A program made the position numbers and the translations under genes. This document shows, one piece after another, positions 35,057-48,000 of a stretch of DNA of 64,000 bases (position 1 is its first letter; each line of letters starts with the position of its first letter). This DNA is from Azolla caroliniana (lineage: Eukaryota; Plantae; Polypodiophyta): assembly GCA_043228905.1 (NCBI GenBank), contig JBHGNT010000003.1:6944001-7008000 (forward strand), read 5' to 3'. The notes under the pieces are model-generated. The model had not been told where the DNA came from. It worked only from the letters and a program-made list of their open reading frames with translations, and ran no database searches.

Positions 35057-38000
35057 TGCCCTATGCACGTGATAATTTCTTTTGATATATTATTTATTTA
35101 TTTATATGTATCTAAAATCGGATATATTATTTTATGGTTTTCACGTAGTGTGTGGAATACACTACGACATTCGCCCCCTCCGAACCCGCACATCCTCCGG
35201 TATGTGCCGAAGTTCTCGATCCCCCATATCCGTCTTCACCCAAAGCTTCCTCCGATTCTCCCCTTATGTCGACTATGAGTTGTAATTCACTTTCTTCGCT
35301 TCCCGCATCACCGTGGTCTTCGTCCGATTGCTCCTCGTTGTCGGCCTTGGCTTGGATCACATAGGGTTTGTCGTCGGTCCGCTTCTTGAAAATCTTCACC
35401 CGCTTCCCGGCTATAGGCACTCGTAGTATTGTTCCATCCAACTCGGACAGTCGGTACGTTCCGTTGTCGAAGACTTTCCGAACCTCGTATGGCCCGAACC
35501 ACCTTTTCGCGAATTTCCGCATCGTCGTATGTTGATGGTCCAAACTACTGTCATAGACGATCACCCAATCTCCTTCTTCAATCCTCCTCGGTCGTAGTCG
35601 GTGCTTTGTGTCGAACCGGCTTTTGTTCCTTAATCGTGCTTCTTGTTGTCGGCGTATTGCTTCCGCTATGTCTGCCGGTCTTCCCTCTAGTTGTCGTATC
35701 CGGACCGCTAGTAGTTCTTCCCGGCTCATCTCTTCCTTCCACGGTAGCACTGTCCATGTTGCGATCGCGGTTTCCGTCGGCATTACCGGTGCTTGTCCGG
35801 TCATGAGTTCTGCCGGCATGTAACCGGTTATGGAACTATGCGTCGTCCGATCCGCCCATAGTGCATACGGAAGCATCTGTGGCCAGTCCTTCACCTTTCC
35901 ATCGCATGCCTTCGCAAGTGCTTTCACGATCGGACTATGTCCTCGTTCGATTTTCCCGTTGGCCTTCGGATTGTATGCCGTTGTCAGCGATAATCGAACT
36001 CCGTGTTTAGCGAAGAATCCCCTAGCTTTGTCTGAGTCGAGTTCTCCCCGGTCCGCAATCACTTGTCCTACGCACCCGTACCTGCAAAATACTTCCTCCA
36101 TAGCTTGAATCGCATCGATCTTTGTTGGTGACGGTCTTCGGCCGTAGGGCCCACATAGATGTCCGACCACCAATATTTCTTCTTGCCCGAATGCCGATTT
36201 CTCCCCGGAAAGTGTTAGGTGCACATCTTCTAGCTTTCGCAACACTTTCTCGCAATCATGAATATGGTCGACCACGAACTTTCGGCATCCCCGATCATCC
36301 ATAGTCTCATCTTTTTCTTCTACCGCGCATCCTTTCATCGGAATGTCATCGAGGAACGGCATCGTTATCTCCGGAATGCAGTCTCGAAGCACCTTGTTCA
36401 TCGTGTTCATCATATGAGCAACCGAGTTTGTCGCTCCTTGTGGTAGTGTGCACATTCGGACTAATCCTATCGGTGTTCGCATGGTTGTGATGTCTCGGCT
36501 CTCCACGGCTAGTTGGAATTGGTCATACCCCGAGTATAGGTCTCCGATGGAGTATATCGCACGACCGGCAAAAGCTTCCGCAAATTCGTCCACTATCGGA
36601 CCGACTCCCGAGTTCCGGATCGTGACCTTATTCACCGGTTGCAAGTCTTGGATAAATCGGAGTGACCCATTCTTCTTCGGAACCGTAAACCATCAATTTG
36701 AGTACGGAGCAGTTGATGGCTCTAGAATCCCCATCGCCACCTTCTCCTTGAGCAAGTCAATGACTTTCGGAATATGCGCTCGTGGCACCGGAATCGGCTT
36801 CAGGTTCCACGGTACATGGTCAATCGTGAAGATCACCATCGGCTCCACTGTTCTCGGATCGACGCACCCTATCTCCCCTGATGTAAATGCAAATGCTTTG
36901 CCGTATTGCTCCAACATCTCGCGAAACCGTTCTTCTTCTTTTTGTAATAGGAACCCACCTCCACCGATCCGAAGTTTCTTCCGGGTCTCATCCGTGAAGG
37001 CATGTCCGATATCCACGGTCTTCCGAAGTGTCGGATCTCCCGAGACTTCTTTCCTCTTTTGTTCGCTATCGGCGGGTAGTGGTCCCGCGGCCGGTTTCAC
37101 CTTCTTCTCCACGGTCTTGTATTTCGTACTTACCATTGCTTCTTCTTTACGGAGCGTATCCGGCTCCATTTTCGCAATGATCTCGTACATCTCGACCGAT
37201 TCCACCGGGACTACCCGGTTCCCTTGGCTTTTATCTTCCGCAAGTTCTTCAAGTCGTTGTAGCGTGCTCCCATAGAACACTTCTTCGACTATCCCCACGA
37301 TTTCTTCATCTTCTTTTATTATTGATGCCGACCGCAACTTATCCTCCACTTGTCGGTATCCTTTCTTCAATCCTCCGGTTACGGTTGTGTACGTAGATGC
37401 CCCATCCGGACCTATTCGTACATGTTTTGCTCCGAGAGTTTTCTTCCTGTGTGGGGTATCAGGGCTTCTCGGACTATCACTTCCCCACTCCGCAACAGTC
37501 CGCTTTAAAAATCCATTCTCACTTGGGACAAGAGTTCCCTCTTGTTCCTTTCGTGATTTGCCGGCACTGTTAGGAATTGGACGGATTTCCCACCGTTTTG
37601 GCTCCGAATTCGCGCAAAAGCCGCACCGCTATCGAGCACCTTCGTCTCCATCCGTGATGCCGTGATAAAGGGTTGGCCGAGGATGACGGAATGTGAAACC
37701 TCATCTTGCACGAAGAAATTTTGGTCGATCTCGACATCCCCGATCTTCACCGTCACATCCGGACAAGCCGCAAATAGATCTTCCGTTGCTTTGGTGGCCG
37801 CCCGAATCTTCCATCCATGGTTGGTGTTAATAGGCCACTTCCCCTTCCGGTAGAACTCCTTGGACATCAAGTTGATCTCCGATCCGTGATCAATCAATGC
37901 TAGCACGGGTTCTTTGATGTTGCCGATTCGGACCGGAGTCTCCGTAGTCGCGCGTGCCCAATGTGGCCTTGTATAGTGGGAGTTCGGAATTTCGTCCTCC

Positions 38001-40123
38001 ACTTCGGTGTCGTTCATTAAAACGGTGTTCGCATTCACCCTTGGAGCATTTTCCTCCGTACTTTGTCTTTTTCGCTTCACGAGATCCACGAGAAGATCGT
38101 GGAACTCCTTCTTTGCTATTCCGAGTAGCTCCCGAAGCGAGAAATCTACCCAGCTATCCAAGATTCTTTCCTCGAACACTCTTTTCAAGTCGGTTTGTTG
38201 TTCTATGTCCGAGGCGAGCTTGAATGCCGGAGTCACCTTTTCTTTTCCCTTACCTCCGGAGTTCCAGCTTTCCGGTATCTTTGATGGCCCGGCCGCATCC
38301 TCCGTGCGTCGTCGTTTCTCGTCCACATACACCTTATGCAATTGACACAGGGCGTATACGCTATTCTTGTCGATAGGGCACTCCCATCCCGTAGCTTCTC
38401 GGACGCCTTCCGCGGTGCTTCGGATCTCGTTGGAGTCGGTTTTCTCGGTGTTTTCTAGAACTTCCGGCCAAAAAGACGTCTTTGCTCTCGATGACTCCCC
38501 GACACATATTCCCGCGGTTGTCGCATAGTTGCTTCTCGCCGCCAATTCCTCCTCGAGCACCTTCTTCATGCCGCCTTTCCGGAAGTTCGGTCAGAGTGGC
38601 TTCCGAGAGTCCATCGAATGAATCCGGTTTCCCTCATAGTAGATGAGATCCCGCCGTAGCGCCTCCTTATGCTCGTCGCAATCCCTCCGATCGTGTTCGG
38701 CGCTATCGCACCATATGCACCGTCGGTCCGTATACTTGGAGCTTGTGGGGCGGTCATCCGACTTCTTCACCATCGCGATCTTCAGATTCTCCATCTCCTT
38801 CAATAGTTGCTCCACCGTAGATACATCAATCCCCTTCTCGGTTGTAGTCTCTCGAGCCCTCAGTTGATGGTCTTCCAATCCGGTTCTGGGTTTCGGAATC
38901 GGTTCCGAAACCCTCTTTTCCTCGTCGGCAAGCCATTGCCCCCTCTTCGTGTATCGCGCGACGATATCCCGCACGCTTTCCCATGTTTCGGTGAGGCCGC
39001 TCTCCGTGGTCGTGTCCTCCAAGAGCACTCCGAGATCTTTCCGGTCCCGGACGTCCACGGCTCGCAAGAACATGATCACCTTGTCCGGTACGAGGATAGC
39101 TTGATCTCTCGCGGACAACCTCCCGAACCGGCTTTCGAATGCCGAAAACACATCAACAACCTTCAATCCCTTGTCCGGCGTCTCCACCCAATCTTCGAAT
39201 CCCCTTCACGTCGCCTTGGAGGAATCCTCGATGGCGAACGTCCTCTTTAGCTCTACTTCAAACGCCTCCCATGTCGGATTTTGATGTCGTAGCCCATGGA
39301 TGCTTGCTTGAAGCCCGTCGGTCGCCACCCGGTTGAAGGACGTCACTTGCAGTCCTTCCGATATTCCGCACCGTAGCATCTCCGCCTTGTAATCCCGAAG
39401 ATACCGCGACACGTCTTTCCCGTTGAATTGCCCGTTTCGTTGCACGAGCCGCTCCACTGAGGCCGCTATCTCCGACATCGCGCGTTGTTCTTGTAGCATG
39501 CGCTCGAACATCATCATCATGTTGCTAGCCTCTTGTTGATTTTCCATCTCCTTGCCACCCGTTTTCACGTCGGGTTCACCAACTGTGTCGAGCCCTTCGG
39601 CTCCGGATCGTTGCGTGAGTCGGGTGGGAACCGCCGAGGTTTTTGACTAGGAGGAAGAGGAATACAACTTAAGGCTAGATATGAATAGTGGAAAGAGAAG
39701 TAAGATAGCAATCTCGTGAATCCCACGAGTTTAGTGTAATTAAAACAATATTTAGATTATAAGAGCAATTAGATGGCAAAATTCGTGAATCCCACGAATA
39801 TATTAGATTGATCAAAAACTTGTATATTAATCAACAACCATATACATATTTTTCTCCTCCTTATATAAAGATGGAAGAGGCTAAGCATGGCTTCATGCTT
39901 TTTCACCTAAAGTGCCCATGCACACTAAATGTGCATGTGATGCTTTGTCATTTCCTAAATATAGGGCTCATGCACGCTAGATGTGCATGAGTCACTTTTA
40001 ATGTCACGTGTAAATAAAATATTCACACTCTAAAGAATACATGATTTTTACCTTTTAATAAAGGTATGTGTAAATAAAGGTCTTATACGTATTAAATCTA
40101 TATTTATAACACTAAAGATAAAT

Positions 40124-40177
40124 TATTACAATGGTAAAGTTGGGGTTTATCTACGTGGAGGTGCATGGTTCGAATCC
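40124..40177 (+). promoter_or_regulatory. tRNA-like A-box/B-box module in the 5' LTR of element D
   Basis: TATTACAATGG, 32 nt, GGTTCGAATCC (consensus B-box). Confidence 0.62.
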
Positions 40178-43100
40178 TGCCCTATGCACGTGATAATTTC
40201 TTTTAATATATTATTTATTTATTTATATGTATCTAAAATCGGATATATTATTTTATGGTTTTCACGTAGTGTGTGGAATACACTACGACAACGGATCACT
40301 TCGATCCTGAGGAAGTAATGAAGGTCCCCCAGATCCTTCATGTCGAACGATGCCGCAAGCTGGAGCTTCACGCGGTTGATGTCACCTAGGTCGGCGTCGG
40401 TGATGACGAAGTCATCAACGTACAGTAAAATACTAACCGTTCCGAGTCGTCCTTGCCGGATGAACAGGGAAGAGTCCGATTTTGACGTGACGAAGCCCAT
40501 CCGACGCAATTGTTGCGTGATCTTCGCGTTCCAGGCACGCGGGGCTTGCTTCAGTACATAAAGGGACTTCTTCAGTCGGCATATTGCCGAGGAGTTCGTT
40601 CTAGAGTGAAATCCGGGGGGTTGTACCATGTACACCTGTTCCTCAAGGTCACCTTGCAGGAACGCATTCTTTACATCCATCTGATGTAGGTGCCACCCCT
40701 TGGCCACGGCTACTGCGAGCAAAACACGGACGATCGTCATTTTCGCGACCGGCGCAAACGTCTCATCGTAGTCGATGCCGTGTTTCTGCGCGTAGCCCTT
40801 TGCCACTAGCTGAGCCTTGTACCGGTTGACCGAGCCATCGGTGTTGTACTTGACTTTGTACACCCATTTACACCTGATCGGCTTCACACCCTTCAGTGCG
40901 TCAACCAGGTCCCAGGTCTCGTTCTCCGCCAATGCGTGCATCTCGTCCTCCATTGCGGCGCGCCAATTCGCGTCCTTCGCCGCTTCTGCGGAGCTCTCCG
41001 GCTCACGCACTTCCGCTACACGGGTCATGTACGCATAATGATGCGCCATGTACTCGTTGTATCCAAACCGCAAAACAGGATTCTTCTGGCGGGTAGATCG
41101 GCGTAATTTCACATTAGCCGATGTCGAGGCCTTCTCGGTCGACGCGGTCTTCATCTTTAAAGACCTGTCACCGGTTCCCTCGGAGTCGGACTCGCGTCGG
41201 TCTGACTCGTTCCTTTCCGTGCCAGAATCCGACACCTTCTTCTTCCCTTTCTCTTTGCGCGTAAGCCGTCTCCTCGGCTTCCTGCGTGGGGAATGCACAG
41301 TCGCGTCTCCACTACTCGCCGGCTCTTCATCGGACTGGTCGTACCGACTCAGTCGTCCAATCGGTCCACTTAACCGGAGTGAAATCGGACTCTCTTCGCG
41401 GGTCTCGATTTCGGGCTCATTCGTTGACATCTCAGCTTCGCTGACCTCATCGTCAGAACTCGGATTGGAGTCTAGGTTCATAGTCGGGGGCAGGTACCAG
41501 GACGCGGACTCGTCAAACACCACGTCGCGGCTGACACGCGCTTGTTTGGTGCAAGGGTTATAGCACTTATACCCCTTCTGCTCGTCCAAGTAACCGACCA
41601 AGATGCATTTCTCGGCCTTTGCGTCCAGCTTCCTCCTTTTCTCCTTCGGTATATGCACATACGCAATGCTACCGAACACCCTCAAGTGTCGCAAGTTTGG
41701 CTTCGTTTCGAAATGTAGCTCATGCGCCGACACTTTGTCTCCGATCCGGTTTTGGATGTATACCGCGGTCCTTACCGCCTCGGCCCAGTAGAACTTGGGC
41801 AAGCTCTTCTCCTCCAGCATTGCCCGTGCCGCTTCCACAACTGACCGATTCTTTCTCTCGGCCACGCCGTTCTGCTCTGGCGTGTATCTACAACTGAATT
41901 CGCGGTGAATTCCCATTTGTTGTAGGTAACCGTTGAATTGACCGGAAAAGTACTCTTTCCCGCCATCCGACCGCAATCACTTGATCTTTCGTCCCGTTTC
42001 GGCTTCCACGAACCCTTTGAGGTCCCGGAAACAGTCGAAGACTTCGCTCTTCCTCTCAATGAGGTAGATCCACGTGTGCAGCGTGTGGTCGTCGATGAAG
42101 GAGACGAAATATCGGCTCCCGCCAAGACTAACGTTTTATGTCGGTCCCCATACATCGGAGTGTATAAGGTCGAGCTTGTTCCGGCTCCGGTTTCGCTCGT
42201 TGGGGAAAGGAAGTTAGTGTTGCTTCCCGAGCTGGCAAGCTTCACAAACTTGTGCCTTTCGGCCACTAAACTTGGGCAATCCGAACACTACCTGTTTCGA
42301 TTGCAGATCTTGAAGCCGTTGGTGGTTGACGTGGCCTATCCACTTGTGCCACAAGTCGATGTCCGACTCGGACTTTTGTCCCTTCGCGAACATTGCAGTG
42401 CCGCCGTCAGTGGAGTCGAGGGTGAACATCCTCCCGTCTCTGCACCCTTGCACAATCACACGGCCTTCTTCCTCAATGAAGCACCCGGGGTGTGTAAACC
42501 GAACCTCCATCCCTTGGTCGACGATCTGTCCGACCGAGACCAAGTTCTTCGTGATTGTCGGAACGTGCAACACGTTCCTGAGTTTCCCTTTCTGCCCGAC
42601 ATGGCTAAGGGGAACTTCTCCGACATTTGCGATCGGATGCGGAGTGTCATCTCTAGTTGCGACTACTCCAGGTTGTATCGGTTTTTCAAGGTACGAGAAC
42701 CACTCCTTATGGCTCGTCATGTGGTTTGACGCGCCGGAGTCTACGTACCACACCTCGTCCGATCTCGGGGTGCTCTGTTTCAATGAGTTTGCTTCGTGTC
42801 TCGTCACGAAGACAGACCCTTCTCCGACTCTCCCAGAGTCTTGGGCGTAGTGTGATCGCTGCCGATTTCCCTTGTCGGTATGTCCGGAACTGGTTCTCTC
42901 CGAATCGGCGCGCTTCTTCCAACACTCACTTTCCCTGTGGCCTTTCTTGCCACAGTACCAGCACTCGGCGATGGCCTTCCCTTGCCGGTTCTCATCGCTT
43001 CGACTCCCCCTATTTCCAGAGGGTCCGGAGTTGCTGTCGGCATCACTTCGGTGCCATCTTCCTTGATCTCGTCGGTCGCATCCATTGCATACCGACTCGC

Positions 43101-44759
43101 CTCGTCCGCCACGACCACGTGGCCTTTCTCCCTCCGTGTACAACATCTTGTTGTCGGTGTGTGTACTCGTCGACGCACAAGCGTGGTTCTCCTCTACCAG
43201 GAGCATCGACTGTAAGTCGAAAAAGGACGGCGTATTCTCCCGGGTACACACAGCCGTTCGGAACGCTCCGAACTTCGACGCCAAACCTCCGAGACAGATC
43301 TGGACCATCTCGCTCTCCTCGATGTTCACCTCTATGGAGGCGAGGGAGTCGCAGATATCCTTGATCTTCGAGGTATAGTCCGCCGCCGACAAGTCGCATT
43401 GTCGTAGGTTGCTCAACTCTTGTTGGAGCTGAAGCTTCCTGGATGTGGTGCTCGCGGCGAAAATCTTCTTCAAATTTTCCCACGCACCCTTCGGCGTCTT
43501 TGCATCCCGAACATAGCTCAATAGTTGTTCGTCCACACACGACGCGAAGCAGTACAATACCCTGCTCGCCGATTGCTCCCACGACTGGAAGTCTCTGTGT
43601 GTCGATCTGGGTGCCGCGTCATTAGCTCCTTCAAGATAACTCCAGTAGCCGTGCCCGAGCAGGTACTGGTGCATCTTGTAGGACCAAGACGCGTAGTTGG
43701 TTCTGTCGAGCTTCTCTGTTGGAAGCGAGCTCGCCATGCCTCTATCCATCGTTCTTCTTATTCTTCTTCGTCAAGCTGTGTCGGCTGCAGAGAGGTTCTC
43801 AACCCTCGTGCTCTGATACCATGTAAAAAGAAACGTGCGGAAGCAAGTATGAAGACCGAATAGAAGAGAGGAAACTCAGGTTTAATGGAGAGCTTGGGCT
43901 TACGCAGTATACGCGGGAGAGACAGAGAGAGTGAGAGAGAAGACACAAAAACTATATTCAACAATAATACTCAGTCTATACATAAGACGTGCTCAGTGAA
44001 CACTTTTATACAAGCCCTAGAAGGATTGACCGAAGTACTGACAGTACTTCAATGCTCATCAAGAGCCCCTACACTAACTCCCAAATATATTCCTCACGGA
44101 ATATCTTTCCTAACGACCTCCCCGTTTACGCACTCGGCCTAGCCGATCGGTCCCAACCGATCCGGTCCTCGGCTTCTTCGGCCGATCCGGCCAATGTTGA
44201 GCTTGTCTCTCAACAATGTATAATGGGTTGGTTGAACACCATTGCCAATCATAGATTGATAAGCTTCAAGGGAAATTTGACTTTCTTGGCTCTATGTATA
44301 TGCAAATATGATGAGTGTCCATGTGAAAGCATTCCGACAAGAAAATTTTGTGGATATCTAGTATGGATGGTTTACATCCCCACATGTTACTAATGTCTTC
44401 ACCATGTGTTGACCCATGTATGCTCCATATCAACATTTTGAAGGACCATATGGGTATATATATGATTAGCATGATGAAGAACCTTTCTCTAACAACATGC
44501 TTTGAGCAAAGTAATGTAAGCCTTATCAAACAATCGAGAATTGGATCTTTTGCACAAGAATTTATGAAAAAAAGCTCATGGCTATTAAGAAAGTAATGTG
44601 ATATTTGCAATGTCATTGACTTTTTTACCTTTAAAAAAAGATTTACCTTATAGTAAAAAATGAATACAAAAGTATGGTATTTACTATACTATATGGTTCA
44701 TATTATGCTCTTTTCATCTCATGAAGCCCTGTCCTCTATCGACAGACTCTGAGTCTATC

Positions 44760-45067
44760 CATTAGTAGGTTCTTTGTCAGCATGTCGGATCCATTTTTGT
44801 CAATATGGATCTTCACAAGGGTAAACTCTTATTCTTCCACTTTCTCCCGCAACCAGTGATACCTTCTTTGTATGTGCTTGGTTCAGGTGTGGTACGCAAC
44901 ATTCTTTGCTAGATGTATGACACTCTGGCTATCACAATGAAGAAAGAACTCCCTTTACTTCATCCCCAACTCACTGAGAAAATTTCTCATCCAGATTAGC
45001 TCTTTGCCGGCCTCTACCGCAGCCATGTACTCTGCCTCTGTGGTTGACAAGGCCACCGACTTCTGCA
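44760..45067 (-). mobile_element. Ty1/Copia RNase H fragment (related to the B family)
   Basis: QKSVALSTTEAEYMAAVEAGKELIWM...HCDSQS.IHLAKN...TKHIQRRYHW. Confidence 0.85.
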
Positions 45068-48000
45068 TGTACACACGACTCACGCGCGCGCGCACACACA
45101 CACACACACATGTACAGGAAACGCAGGGAAAGAGGGGAGCACCCGACACCAACAAGACGCCAATATACACAGACAGACGCAAACGTATATGTATATATAT
45201 ATAAGAAGAATACACTCCCGGCTTCGAGCCGGACCAAGATAGTTTACAACAGTCGTCTACTGTCAAGCCACCGTCGGGGAGCTCTCGGGCTCGTCGCGCC
45301 GAGCAGGGTCTTGCACAGGAGATAAGCTGCAGCCAACCCTAAACGAACACGAAGGGGAAGAAGAAGAAGCAGAAGAACCCTAACCCTAAACCTACCGGTA
45401 TACCCTCTAATCCAAAATGGGCAACCCTTTTTCAAAGGGCGTTCCCTCCCTTTTATAGAACAAGGAGAGGGACGCGTTACAATGTGGGACAAATCCCGAC
45501 TTGACTACTCTTCGGCGCCATAAAGGTGCCCTCGATATTCACACCAAATGTACATGGGTGCGTACACACGCTGCACCCCGCCGATGTAGACAATGTTTCC
45601 CGGTTTTCGCCTATGGCCGAAATTCTTCACGACATCTGCCCCCACCTAACTGCACGTCCACCGGTACGTGCCAAATCTGGCTGAAGGGTGAGAGATTTCG
45701 GCCGGCGAGAAACCGGTCTCCCGTGATCCGCATCTCGGCTCGCTGCCGGTTTGATCCGGTGGCTTCAAGTCCTCCTTCGCGCTCGCCTCCCCGTAGGCTC
45801 GTTCGACCCATCGATGGGTCCTCTGTCGTGATCTCCGTAGCACGCGTTCTTCCGTTGGCCCTTGTTCGGCCGTATGAACGCCCCGCTTCCCACCGTATGC
45901 CCGATGTCCTCCACTAGAGGAATGCTCGTGGCAGCCCGCTTGGCCTCCGTTGTCGAATCGTGATGTCCCGATGGTGTTTCGCGTCGCCTTCGTCCTTCCG
46001 CCGCCACCTTCCTTCTCCATGGTCTTACGTCGCCGCGTCGGCTCGAACCGCCATGGTCTCCAGAACGGTGTGGAAGATCCCTTTCCGGCCTGATCGTGCA
46101 TCGTTGTTCTCCCGCATACCGGTGTCCTTTGCATCCGAGGAACACCCCGCAGTAGCCCGCTTGGCCCTTCCCGTCGTCGTGTTGCTGCAACAGGTCCTGA
46201 GTGCTCCGCTTGCCGTCGTCCCCTCGCCCCCACCAGCTTGTCACCCCGGCTTGCCGTGTCAGTCTTCGCTACTTCGACGGAGCCACCGAGATCTACGAAG
46301 CGAGTGTGGAGGATCCTCCTCCGGCCTTTCTTGCCATCCTGACTCCGACCCTGTGCAGTCCACTAGGCACTTGTCCCTTCGTTCTCGGCACCTCCCTTGT
46401 GCCGTCTTCCGCTTCCTTCGTTCGGCCTCGCCCGCGCCGAGCGCCGTCCCGTAGTCACGCTTCGATCCGGCCCGTGATGGCCACTCGCCAGACTCTTGTT
46501 CTGTCCAAGGTGTGCCTTTCCGGTCTGACACACCTCCCCGTGTTTGCCCTTTACCGGCTTCTTCCGAACTTCGTGTCGTCGGGTCCCGTTCCCTGCCGCC
46601 ACCGTCCTTCTCCCTCGGTCTCACGTCGCCACGTTGGCCGAACTGCCGGGGCCTCCGAATCAGTGTGAGGGTCCCATAGGACCTGACTCCGCGTCTATGT
46701 TGGCTGTAACCCGGGTGCCTTCTGTTTGAGTCCCTCCTGGACTCTCCTCGTGTCTTCCACGTAGTCGGGTCCCGTTTCCCGCCGCCACCAACCTTCTCTC
46801 TCGGTCTTATGTTGCCACGTTGGTCAAACTACCGGAGTCTCTGGTTAAGTGTGGGGATCCCGTAGGACTGGACTTCCTTACGCCCATTGTCTTCGTCACC
46901 TCGCCGCCACCGTCAGTATCTTGGTCTTACGTCGGCCGCGTTGCCGACCGCCGAAGTCTCTAGAACCGGTGTGAAGGATCCTCCGTAGACCGCCCTTCCG
47001 TAGCCCTTGCCTTCATCACCTCGCCGCCACCGTCTACCTTGGTCTTACGTCGACTGCGTTGCCGACTGCCGAAGTCTCTAGAACCGGTGTGAAGGATCCT
47101 CCGTAGGCGTTCGTCGCCTTCCTGACCCTGTCCCGGGTCGTCCTTTTCCGCATGCCGAGAGGGCGTTTTGTTCCGCACCCCCTCCCGTGGTACCGACGTA
47201 CCGTGTCCTCGGCCTCTTCGTAGGCCTACTCTCTTCCTCCCTCCTGGAATGGTCATCCGGGAGTCCGCTCCGCCCGGTTCTCGTCCGGGTCCGTTCGTCT
47301 TTCTCCGGATTGCCGAGTCCCGTTCTCCTGTCGCCACCGTCTCTCCTACAGGACTTGCGCCGGCACTCGGGCCTGCAGCCTGACCAGTGTAAGGAATCCC
47401 ATAGGACCGGCTTTCATTCTCTTTCCTAATCTCGACCTTCGCCCGGTCGGTCTTTCTCCCCATGTAAAAGAAGGCGGCTCGTCCCGCACCCCCTTCCGTA
47501 TCGGTTCTTTCATGCCGAAACCGGACCCGATCGAACGATCCATGACCAGATCACGCTCCACTCGTATCGGAATGCCAATCGCGTCGTGTCGCGTCTGCCC
47601 TCGGCCTCCTCGCAGCCCGTTTCCCATCCGACTTCGCTGGCATCATGTCAGGACTCCTCGGTACCGTCATCCATCTCCTCGGTCTTACATGGGCATACGG
47701 GCCCGAATGCCGAGTTCTCCGGAATCGAGTCCGTGGGCTTTCATCCGCTCCTTCCCCGTATCGTCACGCCGATGATTCTTGGCCCTTCGCCGCCGCCTTC
47801 CTCCGCTTGGGACTCACGTGGGCACTCGGGCCCGACTGCCATCGTCTCGGGAGCAAGTGTGGGAAGACACAAGGAATCGCCCGTCCGTTTTATGCCCTTG
47901 TCCGTAGCCACCGGCTCTCCGTGGTCGGTGGTCGACTTCTTAACGATCGCGCAAGCCCCGTCTGGGCTTGCTTCTTCAATGACCGGGATCTCAGGCTGAC

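Larger units (their letters stand above)
34465..40290 (-). mobile_element. Ylt1-like (fungal-type) Ty3/Gypsy element D, internally deleted
   Basis: 705-bp LTRs at 34465-35169 and 39586-40290 (about 5 transitions). 4-bp TSD ACGG. 18-nt tRNA-Trp PBS TGGTGAACCCGACGTGAA at 39564-39581. gag (CIWCDSAEHDRRDC), protease LIDHGSEIN, RT DLYSGYDQ/LPQGATNS/FLDD, integrase core. RNase H is absent and there are CGA>TGA stops. Confidence 0.93.
32723..44215 (-). mobile_element. Full-length Ty1/Copia element E (degenerate ORF), containing nested Gypsy D
   Basis: 394-bp LTRs at 32723-33116 and 43822-44215 (about 6 substitutions). TSD ATGTA. tRNA-iMet PBS at 43810-43821. PPT at 33117-33125. gag-PR 42214-43749, IN-RT 40295-41976, RT-RH 33450-34460. 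Confidence 0.96.
32300..44500 (-). pseudogene. PLS-class pentatricopeptide-repeat (PPR) pseudogene split by Copia E (parts at about 44221-44500 and 32300-32722)
   Basis: Joined across the TSD it reads RNAFTWTLIIFAYT*SQESQISLEAYQSMIGNGVQPTHYTFVCLFKACATIDSLEEGKKIHEHARKNGYCSDVHVGSSIV...VVTWNVMLSTYVK, with an in-frame stop and frameshifts. Confidence 0.85.
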
